Shown here: positions 36,543 to 45,737 of the stretch, one piece after another
How positions within the stretch are numbered: position 1 is the stretch's first letter
Layout: every line of letters starts with the position of its first letter
DNA from: an uncultured Chloroflexia bacterium
GTDB lineage: Bacteria; Chloroflexota; Dehalococcoidia; UBA2979
Length of the DNA stretch: 64,000 nucleotides
Direction of reading: 5' to 3'
Assembly (NCBI GenBank): GCA_963728205.1
Contig: CAVSIV010000001.1
Span: 704,001-768,000, forward strand
Program-made: the position numbers and the translations under genes
The notes under the pieces: model-generated
The model's input: the letters and a program-made list of their open reading frames with translations, nothing else
The model's database searches: none
Told to the model about the DNA's origin: nothing

Positions 36543-37559
36543 TCACGCCCCCTGCTCGCCCTTCCGGCGCCGGCTCGGGGCGACGCGGCGCGGCTCGCCG
36601 GCCGCCTTCGGGAAGTGCGGCGGGTAGGGGGCCTCGCCCTGACCGGCGGCGGCCTGCTCGGCGGCGAGCGCGAGCAGCGGTTCCAGCGAGAACGCCTCGT
36701 CGTCGATGCCGGCCGCGGGGTCGCCGCGCTCGGCGATGCGCGCGGGGACCGTCGCGATGGTGAAGGCGGCCGGGTCGACGGCGGGGACCTCGTCCCAGGT
36801 CAGCGGCGTCGAGACGCGCGCGTCGGGGAGCGCGCGGATGGAGTAGGCGGACGCCATCGTGCGGTCGCGGGCGTTCTGGTTGTAGTCGATGAACACGCCG
36901 TGCCGCTCCTCCTTCCACCAGGCCGTCGTGGCGAGCTCGGGCGCGCGGCGCTCGACCTCGCGGCCGAGCGCGAGCGCCGCGGTGCGCACGTCGGTGAACT
37001 CCCAGCGCGGCTCGATGCGCACGTAGATGTGGATGCCGCGCGAGCCCGACGTCTTCGCGAACGAGCGGTAGCCGAGGCCGTCGAACACCTCGCCGACGAG
37101 CAGCGCGACGCGGCGCACGTCGTCCCACGTCGCCTCGGGCGTGGGGTCGAGGTCGATGCGCAGCTCGTCGGGGTGGTCGACGTCGTCGCGCCGCACCGGC
37201 CACGGGTTGAGGTCGAGGCAGCCGAGGTTCGCGGCCCAGGCGATGTCCGCGACCTCGTCGCAGACGGCCATGTCGGCGTGGCGACCGCTCGGGAAGGTGA
37301 TGCGGGCGGTGGCGACCCAGTCGGGGCGCGCGTCGGGCGCGCGCTTCTGGAAGAAGGGCTCCGCGGCCGCACCGTTGACATAACGCTTGAGCACCATGGG
37401 CCGGTCACGCACGCCGCGCAGGGCGGCCGCGCCGACGGCGACGAAGTAGCGGACGACGTCGAGCTTCGTGTAGCCGTGTTCGGGGAAGAACACCTTCTCG
37501 GGGTTCGTCACGCTCACGGCGCGGTCGCCGACCTCGAGCTCGACGCTGCGTGACGGCAC
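36543..37559 (-). CDS. Prim-PolC / LigD-polymerase-like AEP primase-polymerase
   Basis: Motifs TNPEKVFF, FFQKR, DELRIDLDP, KTSGSRGIH, WWKEER, VFIDYNQNARDRT. Confidence 0.9.
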   Translation of the reverse strand: MPSRSVELEVGDRAVSVTNPEKVFFPEHGYTKLDVVRYFVAVGAAALRGVRDRPMVLKRYVNGAAAEPFFQKRAPDARPDWVATARITFPSGRHADMAVCDEVADIAWAANLGCLDLNPWPVRRDDVDHPDELRIDLDPTPEATWDDVRRVALLVGEVFDGLGYRSFAKTSGSRGIHIYVRIEPRWEFTDVRTAALALGREVERRAPELATTAWWKEERHGVFIDYNQNARDRTMASAYSIRALPDARVSTPLTWDEVPAVDPAAFTIATVPARIAERGDPAAGIDDEAFSLEPLLALAAEQAAAGQGEAPYPPHFPKAAGEPRRVAPSRRRKGEQGA

Positions 37560-37722
37560 GGCGGGCTCCTTCCCGGTGCATCGATGCTACGACGGCCGAC
37601 ACGGCGGGCGTGGAGTGTCCCGGCCGCATCGCCGGCCCCGGCTGGTTCCGATCCGACCGCGGCGCCCCCCGCGCCCGTCCTCGGCTTGCTAGCATCCGGC
37701 GCGCTGCGGAGGGGGGACCGCG

Positions 37723-38637
37723 ATGACCGTGACGCTCGACTGGCTGGGCTGCGCGACCTTTCGGCTGACCGTCGATGACCTCGTGCTCTACCTCGACGCC
37801 TACATCGACCGCGTGCCGTCGGCGCCGCCGGTCGGGCTGACCGCCGCCGAGGTCGACCGCGCGGACTTCGTGCTGGTCGGGCACGCGCACTTCGATCACA
37901 TCGCCGGCGCCGAGGTGATCGCGCGCAACACCGGCGCGCGCGTGATCGGGTCGCACGAGAGCATGCGGGTGATGCGCGACGCGGGCGTTTCCGAGGCGCA
38001 GCTGCTGCCGTCGCAGGGCGGCGAGCGTCACCGCCTCGGGCCGGGCGTCACGGTGCGAGTGTTCCCGAGCCTGCACTCGTGCATCTGGGTCGGCGGGTCG
38101 TGGGACGTGACGAAGCCGGTGACCGGCCACGAAGGCCTGACCGAGGACGAGCGCGCCGCCGTCCGCGCCGAGCGCGGCGGCGGCATCGGCGAGCGGCCGG
38201 CGGCGCCGGACCCGCGCGCCGTGGAGGAGATGCGCTCGCACCTGCGCACGGCGACCGGCAGCAGCCACATCGGCGGCGCGCTGGCGTACCTGGTCGAGAC
38301 GCCCGAAGGCAGCGTCTTCTGGCACGACACCTCGGGCTGCTGGACGGGCGTGCTGCGGCGGCTGCATCCCGACGTCGCCATCGTCGCGATGGCCGGCCGC
38401 CCGAACCTCGACGGCGAGCCGATCCAGGGCTCGCTCACGCAGTTCGTCGGCCACGTCGCGGGGCTGATGCAGCCGGGCCGCATCGTGCTCGGGCACCACG
38501 ACGACTGGATGCCGCCGACGACGCACGACATGACGGGGCCGGAAGCGATGGCGGCGGTGCGCGGAGAGCTTGCTGGCGTGGCACCCGGAACGGAGCTGTT
38601 GACGATGGGCTACCGCGAAGGCGTGCGCCTGTTCTAA
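37723..38637 (+). CDS. MBL-fold metallo-hydrolase (UlaG-like)
   Basis: Motifs WLGCA, DAY, GHAHFDH, SLHS, DTSG, GHHDDW. Confidence 0.85.
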   Translation: MTVTLDWLGCATFRLTVDDLVLYLDAYIDRVPSAPPVGLTAAEVDRADFVLVGHAHFDHIAGAEVIARNTGARVIGSHESMRVMRDAGVSEAQLLPSQGGERHRLGPGVTVRVFPSLHSCIWVGGSWDVTKPVTGHEGLTEDERAAVRAERGGGIGERPAAPDPRAVEEMRSHLRTATGSSHIGGALAYLVETPEGSVFWHDTSGCWTGVLRRLHPDVAIVAMAGRPNLDGEPIQGSLTQFVGHVAGLMQPGRIVLGHHDDWMPPTTHDMTGPEAMAAVRGELAGVAPGTELLTMGYREGVRLF

Positions 38638-38694
38638 CGGACGGCTGCGCGGCGACGGCCACGCTGGGCGGCGACGGCGCGCGACGGCGACCCC

Positions 38695-38830
38695 CGCGAC
38701 CGCGACCGCGACCGCGACCCCGACCGCGACCGCGACGAGGACGGCGAGGTCGGAGGGCCGCAGGCCCTCCGACCTCGCGAGCGGGGCGACGGAGGCTCGC
38801 GCATCAAGTCGGAAGGCCGCAGGCCTTCCG
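38695..38830. repeat. (CGCGAC)x7 microsatellite followed by two GCA-triloop palindromes
   Basis: Hexamer run at 38695-38736 (one variant unit). A 16-bp stem at 38744-38778 and a related 9-bp stem at 38810-38830, both with a GCA loop. Confidence 0.85.
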
Positions 38831-38891
38831 CTCGCCATTTCGGGACGAGCAAGCGGGCTGCGCGCCCGCGCCGAGCATCGAAGGACCGCCA

Positions 38892-40123
38892 ATGACCGCC
38901 CTTGGCCACATCCGCATCTGCGACTTCACCGGCCAGCTCGCCGGGGCCGGCGCGACGAAGTTCCTCGCCGCGTTCGGCGCGCAGGTGATCCGCATCGAGG
39001 ACCCGGTGAACGAGGGCCGCTGGGACATCCTGCGCGGCGGCCAGCCGTTCGTCGACGAGCGCCGCGGCATCAACCTCGGCGGCGCGTTCAACAACCACAA
39101 CGTCGAGAAGCTGGGCGTCACGCTCAACCTGCGCACCGAGCGCGGCCGCGAGCTGCTGCGCGAGCTCGTGCGCATCTCCGACGTCGTCACCGAGAACTTC
39201 GCCGCCGGCGTCTTCGACCGGCTCGGCTTCTCGTACGAGGCCCTGCGCGCGCTGCGACCGGACATCATCTACGTCTCGAACTGCGGCTTCGGCCACTCGG
39301 GTCCGTACCGCGACTTCAAGACGTGGGGCCCGATCGTGCAGGCCGTCTCCGGGCTGACGTTCCAGTCGGGCCTGCCCGACCAGCCGCCGGCCGGCTGGGG
39401 CTACTCGTACATGGACCACACCGGCGGCTACTTCATGGCGATGGCGATCCTGATGGCGCTGCACCACCGCAACGTCACCGGCGAGGGCCAGTGGGTCGAC
39501 ATGGCGTGCACCGAGGCCGGCGCGACGCTGAACGGCCCGGCGATGCTCGACTACACCGTGAACGCGCGGCCGCTGCGCCGGCCGGGCATGCCGAACAGCA
39601 ACCGCAACCAGTTCCCGCCGATGGCGCCGCACGGCATCTACGCCGCCGCCGGCGACGACGACTGGATCGCGCTCTCGTGCCGCGACGACCACGACTGGCG
39701 CGCGTTCGCCGGCGTCGTCGGCGAGCCGTGGGCGAACGACCCGCGCTTCGCCACGCTCGACGGGCGGCTCGCCGCGCAGGACGAACTCGACGCGCTCGTC
39801 GGCGCGTGGACGGCCGCGCGCGAGCGCTTCGCCACCGCGGCGGCGCTGCAGGCTGCCGGCGTGCCGGCCACCGCCGTGCAGCAGCCCGGCGAGCGCGTCG
39901 ACGAGGATGCCGACACCGCGTACTGGGGGCTGTGGCCGACCGTGCACCACTCGGAGATGGGCGACGTGCGGGTCGACGGCCTGCCGGTGCACCTCTCGGC
40001 GACGGACTGGTCGATGAGCGCGGCGCGCCGTGCCTCGGCGAGGACAACGAGCGCGTCTTCGGCGACCTGCTGGGGCTCGGCCGCGACGAGATCGCGTCGC
40101 TGCGCGAGGAGGGTGTGCTGTGA
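38892..40123 (+). CDS. Class III CoA-transferase, catalytic-type subunit (one missing base near 40015)
   Basis: Motifs RICDFT, GAQVIRIE, ENFAAG, GFGHSGPY, YSYMDHTGG (catalytic Asp), TGEGQWVD, APCLGEDN. Confidence 0.88.
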
Positions 40124-41367
40124 CCGCATCGCCCGGGAGCGCGCCCTCCGCGCGCGGACCGCTTGCCGACCTGCGTGTCGTCGAGCTGGCGAACGAACGC
40201 ATCGCCTGGGCGGGCAAGCTGCTCGCGGACGCCGGCGCCGACGTCGTGCTGGTGGAGCCGCCCGGCGGCGACGCCATGCGCGCGTGGCCACCGTTCCTCG
40301 ACGACATCCCCGGCGCGGACCGCAGCCTCGCGTTCTGGCACTACCACACCAGCAAGCGTGGCGTGGTCATCGACCTCGACGACGACTCGGGGCGCGACGG
40401 CTACCGGCGCCTCGTCGCCGGCGCCGACCTCGTGATCGACAGCGAGCCTCCGGGGCGGCTGGAGGCGCTCGGGCTCGACGCCGCGACGCTGCGTGCGGCC
40501 GACCCGCGCCTGATCACGGCGTCACTGTGGCCATTCGCACGTGGCGGGCCGCGCGCCGGCGAGGCTGCGACCGACCTCACGCTGCTCGCGGGCGGCGGAC
40601 CGGCGTGGAGCTGCGGCTACGACGACCACTCGCTGCCGCCCGTGCGCGGCGGCGGCTACCAGGGCTACCAGACCGCGTGCCACTACGCGGTGATGGCGGT
40701 GCTCGTCGCGGTGGTCTCGCGCGACCTCACCGGCGCGGGGCAGCACGTCGAGGTCGACATGCACGCCGCGCAGAACGTGACGACCGAGGCGGCGAGCTAC
40801 TCGTGGCTGGTCGCGCAGCAGACCGTGCAGCGCCAGACCGGGCGGCACGCCGGGGTGAACCCGTCGGCACCGTCGCAGGTGCAGTGCGCCGACGGCCGCT
40901 GGGTGAACACGGGCTTCCCGCCGCGCCGCGGGCAGGATTTCCGGCGCATCCTCGAGTGGCTCGACGAGGCCGACCCCGCCGGGGAGTTCACCGCGCGCCC
41001 GCTGCTCGAGCACGGCGCCGAGCGCGAGCGGCTCGATCTGACGCGGATCGCCGAGGACGCGGAGGTGCGCGAGATCTTCGGCGCCGGCCGGGACGCGATG
41101 AACTTTCTCGCCTCGCGGCTCGGCGCCTACGACTTCTTCGCCGGCGGCCAGGCGCGCGGCTTCCAGGTCGGCATCATCTACTCGCCGGAAGAGGTGATCG
41201 AAGACCCGCACTTCGTCGCGCGCGGGTTCCCGGTGCAGGTTGAGCACCCGGAGCTCGGGCGCGCGTTCACCTATCCCGGCGCGCCGTATGTCTTCCACGC
41301 GTCGCCGTGGGCGATCCGCTCGCGTGCGCCGCTGCTCGGCGAGCACGACGCGGAGGTCCTGGGGTAG
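40120..41367 (+). CDS. Class III CoA-transferase, partner subunit (BbsE-like)
   Basis: Motifs LRVVEL, GADVVLVEPPGG, SKRGV, TDLTLLA, GQHVEV, APLLGEH. No Asp at the catalytic position. Overlaps the upstream stop (GTGA). Confidence 0.85.
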   Translation: MTASPGSAPSARGPLADLRVVELANERIAWAGKLLADAGADVVLVEPPGGDAMRAWPPFLDDIPGADRSLAFWHYHTSKRGVVIDLDDDSGRDGYRRLVAGADLVIDSEPPGRLEALGLDAATLRAADPRLITASLWPFARGGPRAGEAATDLTLLAGGGPAWSCGYDDHSLPPVRGGGYQGYQTACHYAVMAVLVAVVSRDLTGAGQHVEVDMHAAQNVTTEAASYSWLVAQQTVQRQTGRHAGVNPSAPSQVQCADGRWVNTGFPPRRGQDFRRILEWLDEADPAGEFTARPLLEHGAERERLDLTRIAEDAEVREIFGAGRDAMNFLASRLGAYDFFAGGQARGFQVGIIYSPEEVIEDPHFVARGFPVQVEHPELGRAFTYPGAPYVFHASPWAIRSRAPLLGEHDAEVLG

Positions 41368-41550
41368 CGCGCCGGCGGCGCGGGGGCGGCATACGCCGCG
41401 TGCTCGCCGCCGGAGGCGCGTTCCCGCGATCGAGCGCGTGCTCGTGCGTCCGGGGCGCGGTTGCTCGAGCACGATGCTTCGCGCTCGCCCATGCGGTGGC
41501 GTCCGACTAGTCTCCTGCACGGCATGCGCCCGTACTGGAAGGAAGCCCGC

Positions 41551-42318
41551 GTGGCCTACGCACCGTTCGATCTCACCGGCAAGGTCGCCCTCGTCACCGG
41601 CGGCAACAGCGGCATCGGCTTCGGCATGGCCGAGGCGCTCGCACAGGCCGGCGCCTCCGTCTGCGTCTGGGGCACGAACGAGGAGAAGAACGCCGCCGCC
41701 CAGGAGCGGCTCGCGCAGACCGGCGCGAACGTGCTCGCGCTGCGCTGCGACGTCGGCGACGAGGCGGCCGTCGCCGACGCCTTCGCGCAGACGGTGCAGC
41801 ACTTCGGTCGCGTCGACTCCTGCTTCGCGAACGCCGGCATCGGCGGTGGCGCGGCGTTCGTCGACATGACGAGCGAGCAATGGCGCCGCGTCACGCGGGT
41901 CGACCTCGACGGCGTCTTCTTCACCTTCCGCGCCGCCGCGCGGCACATGATCGAGCGCGGGGGTGGCGGCCGGCTGGTCGGCACGTCGAGCGTGTCGGCC
42001 ATCCACGGGGCGGCGCGCAACGAGGCGTATGCGTCGACGAAGGGCGGCATGCTCGCGATGGTGCGCGGGCTCGCCGTCGAGCTGGCGCGCTACGGCGTGA
42101 CCGCGAACAGCATCATCCCCGGGTGGATCGAGACGCCGATGACCGAGCGCAGCTTCGGCAACGACCGCTTCGTGGACGCGGTGCTGCGCCGCGTGCCGGT
42201 GCGCCGCTGGGGCACGGGCGCCGACTTCGGTGGGATCGCCGTGTACCTGGCGAGCGAAGCCAGCGCCTATCACACCGGCGATGAGTTCGTGATCGACGGC
42301 GGCTACACGAGGTTCTAG
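41551..42318 (+). CDS. Short-chain dehydrogenase/reductase
   Basis: Motifs TGGNSGIG, NAG, YASTK, PGWIET, IDGG. GTG follows GGAAGGAAG. Confidence 0.92.
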   Translation: MAYAPFDLTGKVALVTGGNSGIGFGMAEALAQAGASVCVWGTNEEKNAAAQERLAQTGANVLALRCDVGDEAAVADAFAQTVQHFGRVDSCFANAGIGGGAAFVDMTSEQWRRVTRVDLDGVFFTFRAAARHMIERGGGGRLVGTSSVSAIHGAARNEAYASTKGGMLAMVRGLAVELARYGVTANSIIPGWIETPMTERSFGNDRFVDAVLRRVPVRRWGTGADFGGIAVYLASEASAYHTGDEFVIDGGYTRF

Positions 42319-42383
42319 ACCGTCCGGACGCAGTACCCTGTGCGCAGCTCCCGGCGGCGGGGACAGGCGACCGGGGTCGACGC

Positions 42384-43139
42384 ATGGTCGAGCGGACCGA
42401 GCAGTCCGACGCCGAACAGGGCGAGATCCGCGTCGGCGGGACCACGATCCGCTACGCGGTGGTCCGCAGCCACCGACGCCGTCGCACCATGGAGATCGTG
42501 GTCGACGCGCGCGACGGCGTCCGTGTCTCCGTTCCGCAGTTCACCCCCCGGCACGAGGTCGCGTCGTTCGTCGAACAGCGTGCGCCCTGGATCGCGCGCC
42601 ACGCCGCCGTAGCCCGCGGCTTCGCGCCGCGCGCGTGGGTCAGCGGCGAGACGCTACCGTACGTCGGCGGCCCACTCACGCTGCGCGTCGCGCTCGCCGA
42701 CACGCGCGCCGCCTTCGTCACCCACGACCGCGAGCGCGCCATTTTGCGCGTTGACCTCCCTGACGCGCTCGTGCCGGATGCGCGCGGCGCGGCGGTGCGC
42801 GACGCCGTCCTGCGCTGGTACCGCGCGCGCGCCGAGCGCGTGCTCGTGGCGCGGACGGCGCGCTGGTCCGAGCACCTGCGGCTGTTCCCGCGCCGCGTGA
42901 TCGTGAAGGAGCAGCGGCGCCGCTGGGGCAGCTGCAGTCGCGAGGGCACCATCCGCCTCAACTGGCGCATCGTGATGGCGCCGCCGCCGCTCGTCGACTA
43001 CGTGATCGTCCACGAGCTGATGCACCTGCTGGTGCGCAACCACTCAGCTTCCTTCTGGGCACACGTCGGGCAGGCGCTGCCCGACAGCGAAGCGCGCCGC
43101 GCGCGGCTGCAGGAGCTGGCCGCGGCGTTCGACCTGTAG
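42384..43139 (+). CDS. YgjP/DUF45 (M48/SprT-like) zinc metallohydrolase
   Basis: Motifs RRWGSCS, IRLNW, DYVIVHELMHL...NHSASFW. Confidence 0.88.
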   Translation: MVERTEQSDAEQGEIRVGGTTIRYAVVRSHRRRRTMEIVVDARDGVRVSVPQFTPRHEVASFVEQRAPWIARHAAVARGFAPRAWVSGETLPYVGGPLTLRVALADTRAAFVTHDRERAILRVDLPDALVPDARGAAVRDAVLRWYRARAERVLVARTARWSEHLRLFPRRVIVKEQRRRWGSCSREGTIRLNWRIVMAPPPLVDYVIVHELMHLLVRNHSASFWAHVGQALPDSEARRARLQELAAAFDL

Positions 43140-43160
43140 GGCCGCGCTCCGGCCGTCGCC

Positions 43161-43838
43161 TCAGGCGCCCGGTCGTCGACCCAGCAGCGAGCTCAGCCCG
43201 CGGGTTGCGCGACGCCACGCGCCGCGCGCGCCCGACGGCGGCGACGTGTACGTGTTCCACAGCTCGCCGAGGAAAAAGCGCCCGAACGCGGCGAGCGCGA
43301 GCGCGCCGTCGCCGAGCGAGTCGGCGCCGGTCACGCGCATCGAGGCGGCGAGCCGCGCGAGTCCGTCGGTGCCGAGCGCGAGCACGCCGGCGCCGACAAT
43401 CGGGCCGCTGCGGTCGGTGCCTTCGTGGAGCGTCGCATAGAGGGTCGTCAGGTCCGACCACGCGTCGGGGCCGGCATCGTCGCGGATGTCCATGTGGCCG
43501 GCGAAGAAGTAGGGCGTGCCGCGCGTCGCGAACGCGAGCTCGTAGCTGGCGCGCTTCGTGCCGGGGCGGTCGGGCGACGCGAAGAGGTTGAACGTGCCGC
43601 GGCTCGCGCGCAGATCACGCCCGAGCGGCTCGAAGTCGATCGTGCCGTCGAGCGTGGCGACGTGCTGCGGATCGGCCATGAAACGGCGCACGTCGCCGAT
43701 GGTGATCGTCGCGTGCAGGTCGAGCCGCGTGCGTGCGGCTTCGCCCTGGCGGCGGCCGTCAACAGGATCCGACGCCCCCAGGTGGAAGCCGCCGGAAAGC
43801 GTCTCTCGGAAGGTGATGCCAGGGGTCGCGTCGTTCAC
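43161..43838 (-). CDS. Hypothetical protein resembling the beta-rich middle domain of GMC-oxidase/hydrolase fusion proteins
   Basis: ITFRETLSG...[13 protein letters not shown]...GTFNLF...DLTTLY...[13 protein letters not shown]. The family is recognised from memory only. Confidence 0.6.
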   Translation of the reverse strand: MNDATPGITFRETLSGGFHLGASDPVDGRRQGEAARTRLDLHATITIGDVRRFMADPQHVATLDGTIDFEPLGRDLRASRGTFNLFASPDRPGTKRASYELAFATRGTPYFFAGHMDIRDDAGPDAWSDLTTLYATLHEGTDRSGPIVGAGVLALGTDGLARLAASMRVTGADSLGDGALALAAFGRFFLGELWNTYTSPPSGARGAWRRATRGLSSLLGRRPGA

Positions 43839-44037
43839 GCCGCTGCACTCGCATTCCGGGGCGCGCGGGACGGCGCACACGTTCGTCGCGCGCTCTGCAC
43901 GTCAGGGTAGTCGACACCGCCAGTGGCCCCGCCCCCGGCGGAGGCCGGGTCCGCGAACGTGCATTACGATGGGAGATAGCGCCCCGCGCGCCCGGGCGGC
44001 CTTTCCGGGGCGCGGGCGGCGCGCACAGGAGGTCGCC

Positions 44038-44709
44038 GTGTTTGGACGCAAGTCGCTCAGCATCCCCGCCGCCGAGGAGTCGCTCCCGGGTCGCGCCGAG
44101 CGCATGCCGGTGCCCGAGCGTCACCTCGTGCTCGGCACGCCGCTGACGGGCCCGTGGCCGGAGGGCTCGCGGCTGGCGACCTTCGCGATGGGCTGCTTCT
44201 GGGGCGCCGAGAAGTTCATGTGGCACGTGCCCGGCGTCTACTCGACGTTCGTGGGCTACGCCGGCGGCCACACCCCGAACCCGACCTATGAAGAGGTCTG
44301 CTCCGGTCGCACCGGCCACGCCGAGGTCGCGGTCGTGGTCTACCAGCCGGACCGCGTGGCGTACGACGACCTGCTCAAGGTGTTCTGGGAGAACCACGAC
44401 CCGACGCAGGGCATGCGACAGGGCAACGACGTCGGGACGCAGTACCGCTCGGCGATCTACACGCACGACGAGGAGCAGATGGCCGCGGCTCGGGCATCGC
44501 GCGAGCGCTACCAGGCGTCGCTGGGCGCGCAGGGCTTCGGCGAGATCACGACGGAGATCGAGCCGGCGGGCGCGTTCTACTACGCCGAGCCCTACCACCA
44601 GCAGTACCTCGAGGCGAACCCGTGGGGGTACTGCAACCACGGGTTCTGCCAGGTCGCATACGAGCCGGCAGGCTCCGCCGCCGAAGCCGGCTCGAGCGGC
44701 GCGCGGTAA
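44038..44709 (+). CDS. msrA: Peptide-methionine (S)-S-oxide reductase
   Basis: Motifs [59 protein letters not shown]. Confidence 0.96.
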   Translation: MFGRKSLSIPAAEESLPGRAERMPVPERHLVLGTPLTGPWPEGSRLATFAMGCFWGAEKFMWHVPGVYSTFVGYAGGHTPNPTYEEVCSGRTGHAEVAVVVYQPDRVAYDDLLKVFWENHDPTQGMRQGNDVGTQYRSAIYTHDEEQMAAARASRERYQASLGAQGFGEITTEIEPAGAFYYAEPYHQQYLEANPWGYCNHGFCQVAYEPAGSAAEAGSSGAR

Positions 44710-44851
44710 GGCGGCAGCGACCCCGGCGAGCGCCGGGCTGACCGACCCGTGCTCACGTCAGACGCCACGCATGAGCGATCGGCCGTCGTTTCGGCGTGGG
44801 GCAAGTCGTGGATCGAGCACGCGGCGCCATGTCCCGCGCGCCGGGATCGCA

Positions 44852-45586
44852 TCAGGCGAGAAGTTGTCGCGCGAGATCCGGGAAGTCCACGGCGTTGACG
44901 TCGAAGTCCGGCTGCGGGGAGAGGTCGCCGTCGTTGCCCTCGCCGCGCTCGCCGGGCCGCGGGACGAAGGCGGAGCGCAGGCCGGCCGCCATTGCCGCGC
45001 GCAGATCGCTCGGGTGGGCGGCCACCATCATCGCTTGCTCCGGCCGGATGCCGAGCGCCGCCACGCCCGCGTGGTACGCGGCGGCGTCGGGCTTGTAGTG
45101 GCCGAGGAACTCGCACGACAGGATGCCGTCCCATCCGACGCCGGCGGCCTTGGAGCTGTCCACCGCGATCGACCAGCTCAGCACCGTGAGCACGACGACC
45201 GTGTAGCGCGAGCGCAGCGCCGCGATGGCGTCGGCGGCGTCGGGCCACGCGTTCAGGCGGTGCCAGACGCGGTTGAGGTCGTCGCGGTCGCCGGCCGTGA
45301 GCGCGAGCATCGCGTGCTGCGGCGCGACGTCGTCGAGCGCCATGCGGTGGAGCGCGTCGGCGTTCATCCACGGCAGGTCACCCGAGCGCACGCGCCCCAG
45401 CAGCTCGAACATGCGCCGGCGCCAGTCGTTCGCGAAGCGCGTCGGGTCGACCGCGTCCGCGACGCCGCGGGCGGCGGCGAGCGCCCTCACCTCGTCGCGG
45501 ATCGTGTGATGCCAGTCGAAGACCGTGCCGCCGACGTCGAAGGTGAGCGCGCGGATCTGCGACCGGTCGACGGGCGCAGGGTTCAT
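44852..45586 (-). CDS. Haloacid dehalogenase, type II (HAD superfamily)
   Basis: Motifs FDVGGTVFDW, WHRLNAWPD, YKPD, MVAAHPSDL. Confidence 0.88.
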   Translation of the reverse strand: MNPAPVDRSQIRALTFDVGGTVFDWHHTIRDEVRALAAARGVADAVDPTRFANDWRRRMFELLGRVRSGDLPWMNADALHRMALDDVAPQHAMLALTAGDRDDLNRVWHRLNAWPDAADAIAALRSRYTVVVLTVLSWSIAVDSSKAAGVGWDGILSCEFLGHYKPDAAAYHAGVAALGIRPEQAMMVAAHPSDLRAAMAAGLRSAFVPRPGERGEGNDGDLSPQPDFDVNAVDFPDLARQLLA

Positions 45587-45737
45587 GGTGGCGATCCTCT
45601 CGATGCCGCCGGCCGGCGCGGCGCGCAGTGGGGGAGCGAACGGTACTATCCGGCGGCCATGCGCCGCGACACCGCCTCCCTGATCCGGCGCAGCGCCGCC
45701 GCCCGCCGCAGCCCCGCCGCTCCGGGCGAGCCCAACC

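Noticed and set aside
35352-37559. Calling the ligase and polymerase a LigD/NHEJ system
   Set aside because: There is no Ku and no phosphoesterase domain. The motifs (QQRIHPAASRV, WWKEER) match LigC and Prim-PolC.
42384-43139. YgjP-like gene as a marker of a restriction or defence island
   Set aside because: There are no hsd, methylase or other defence genes nearby, and no compositional shift.
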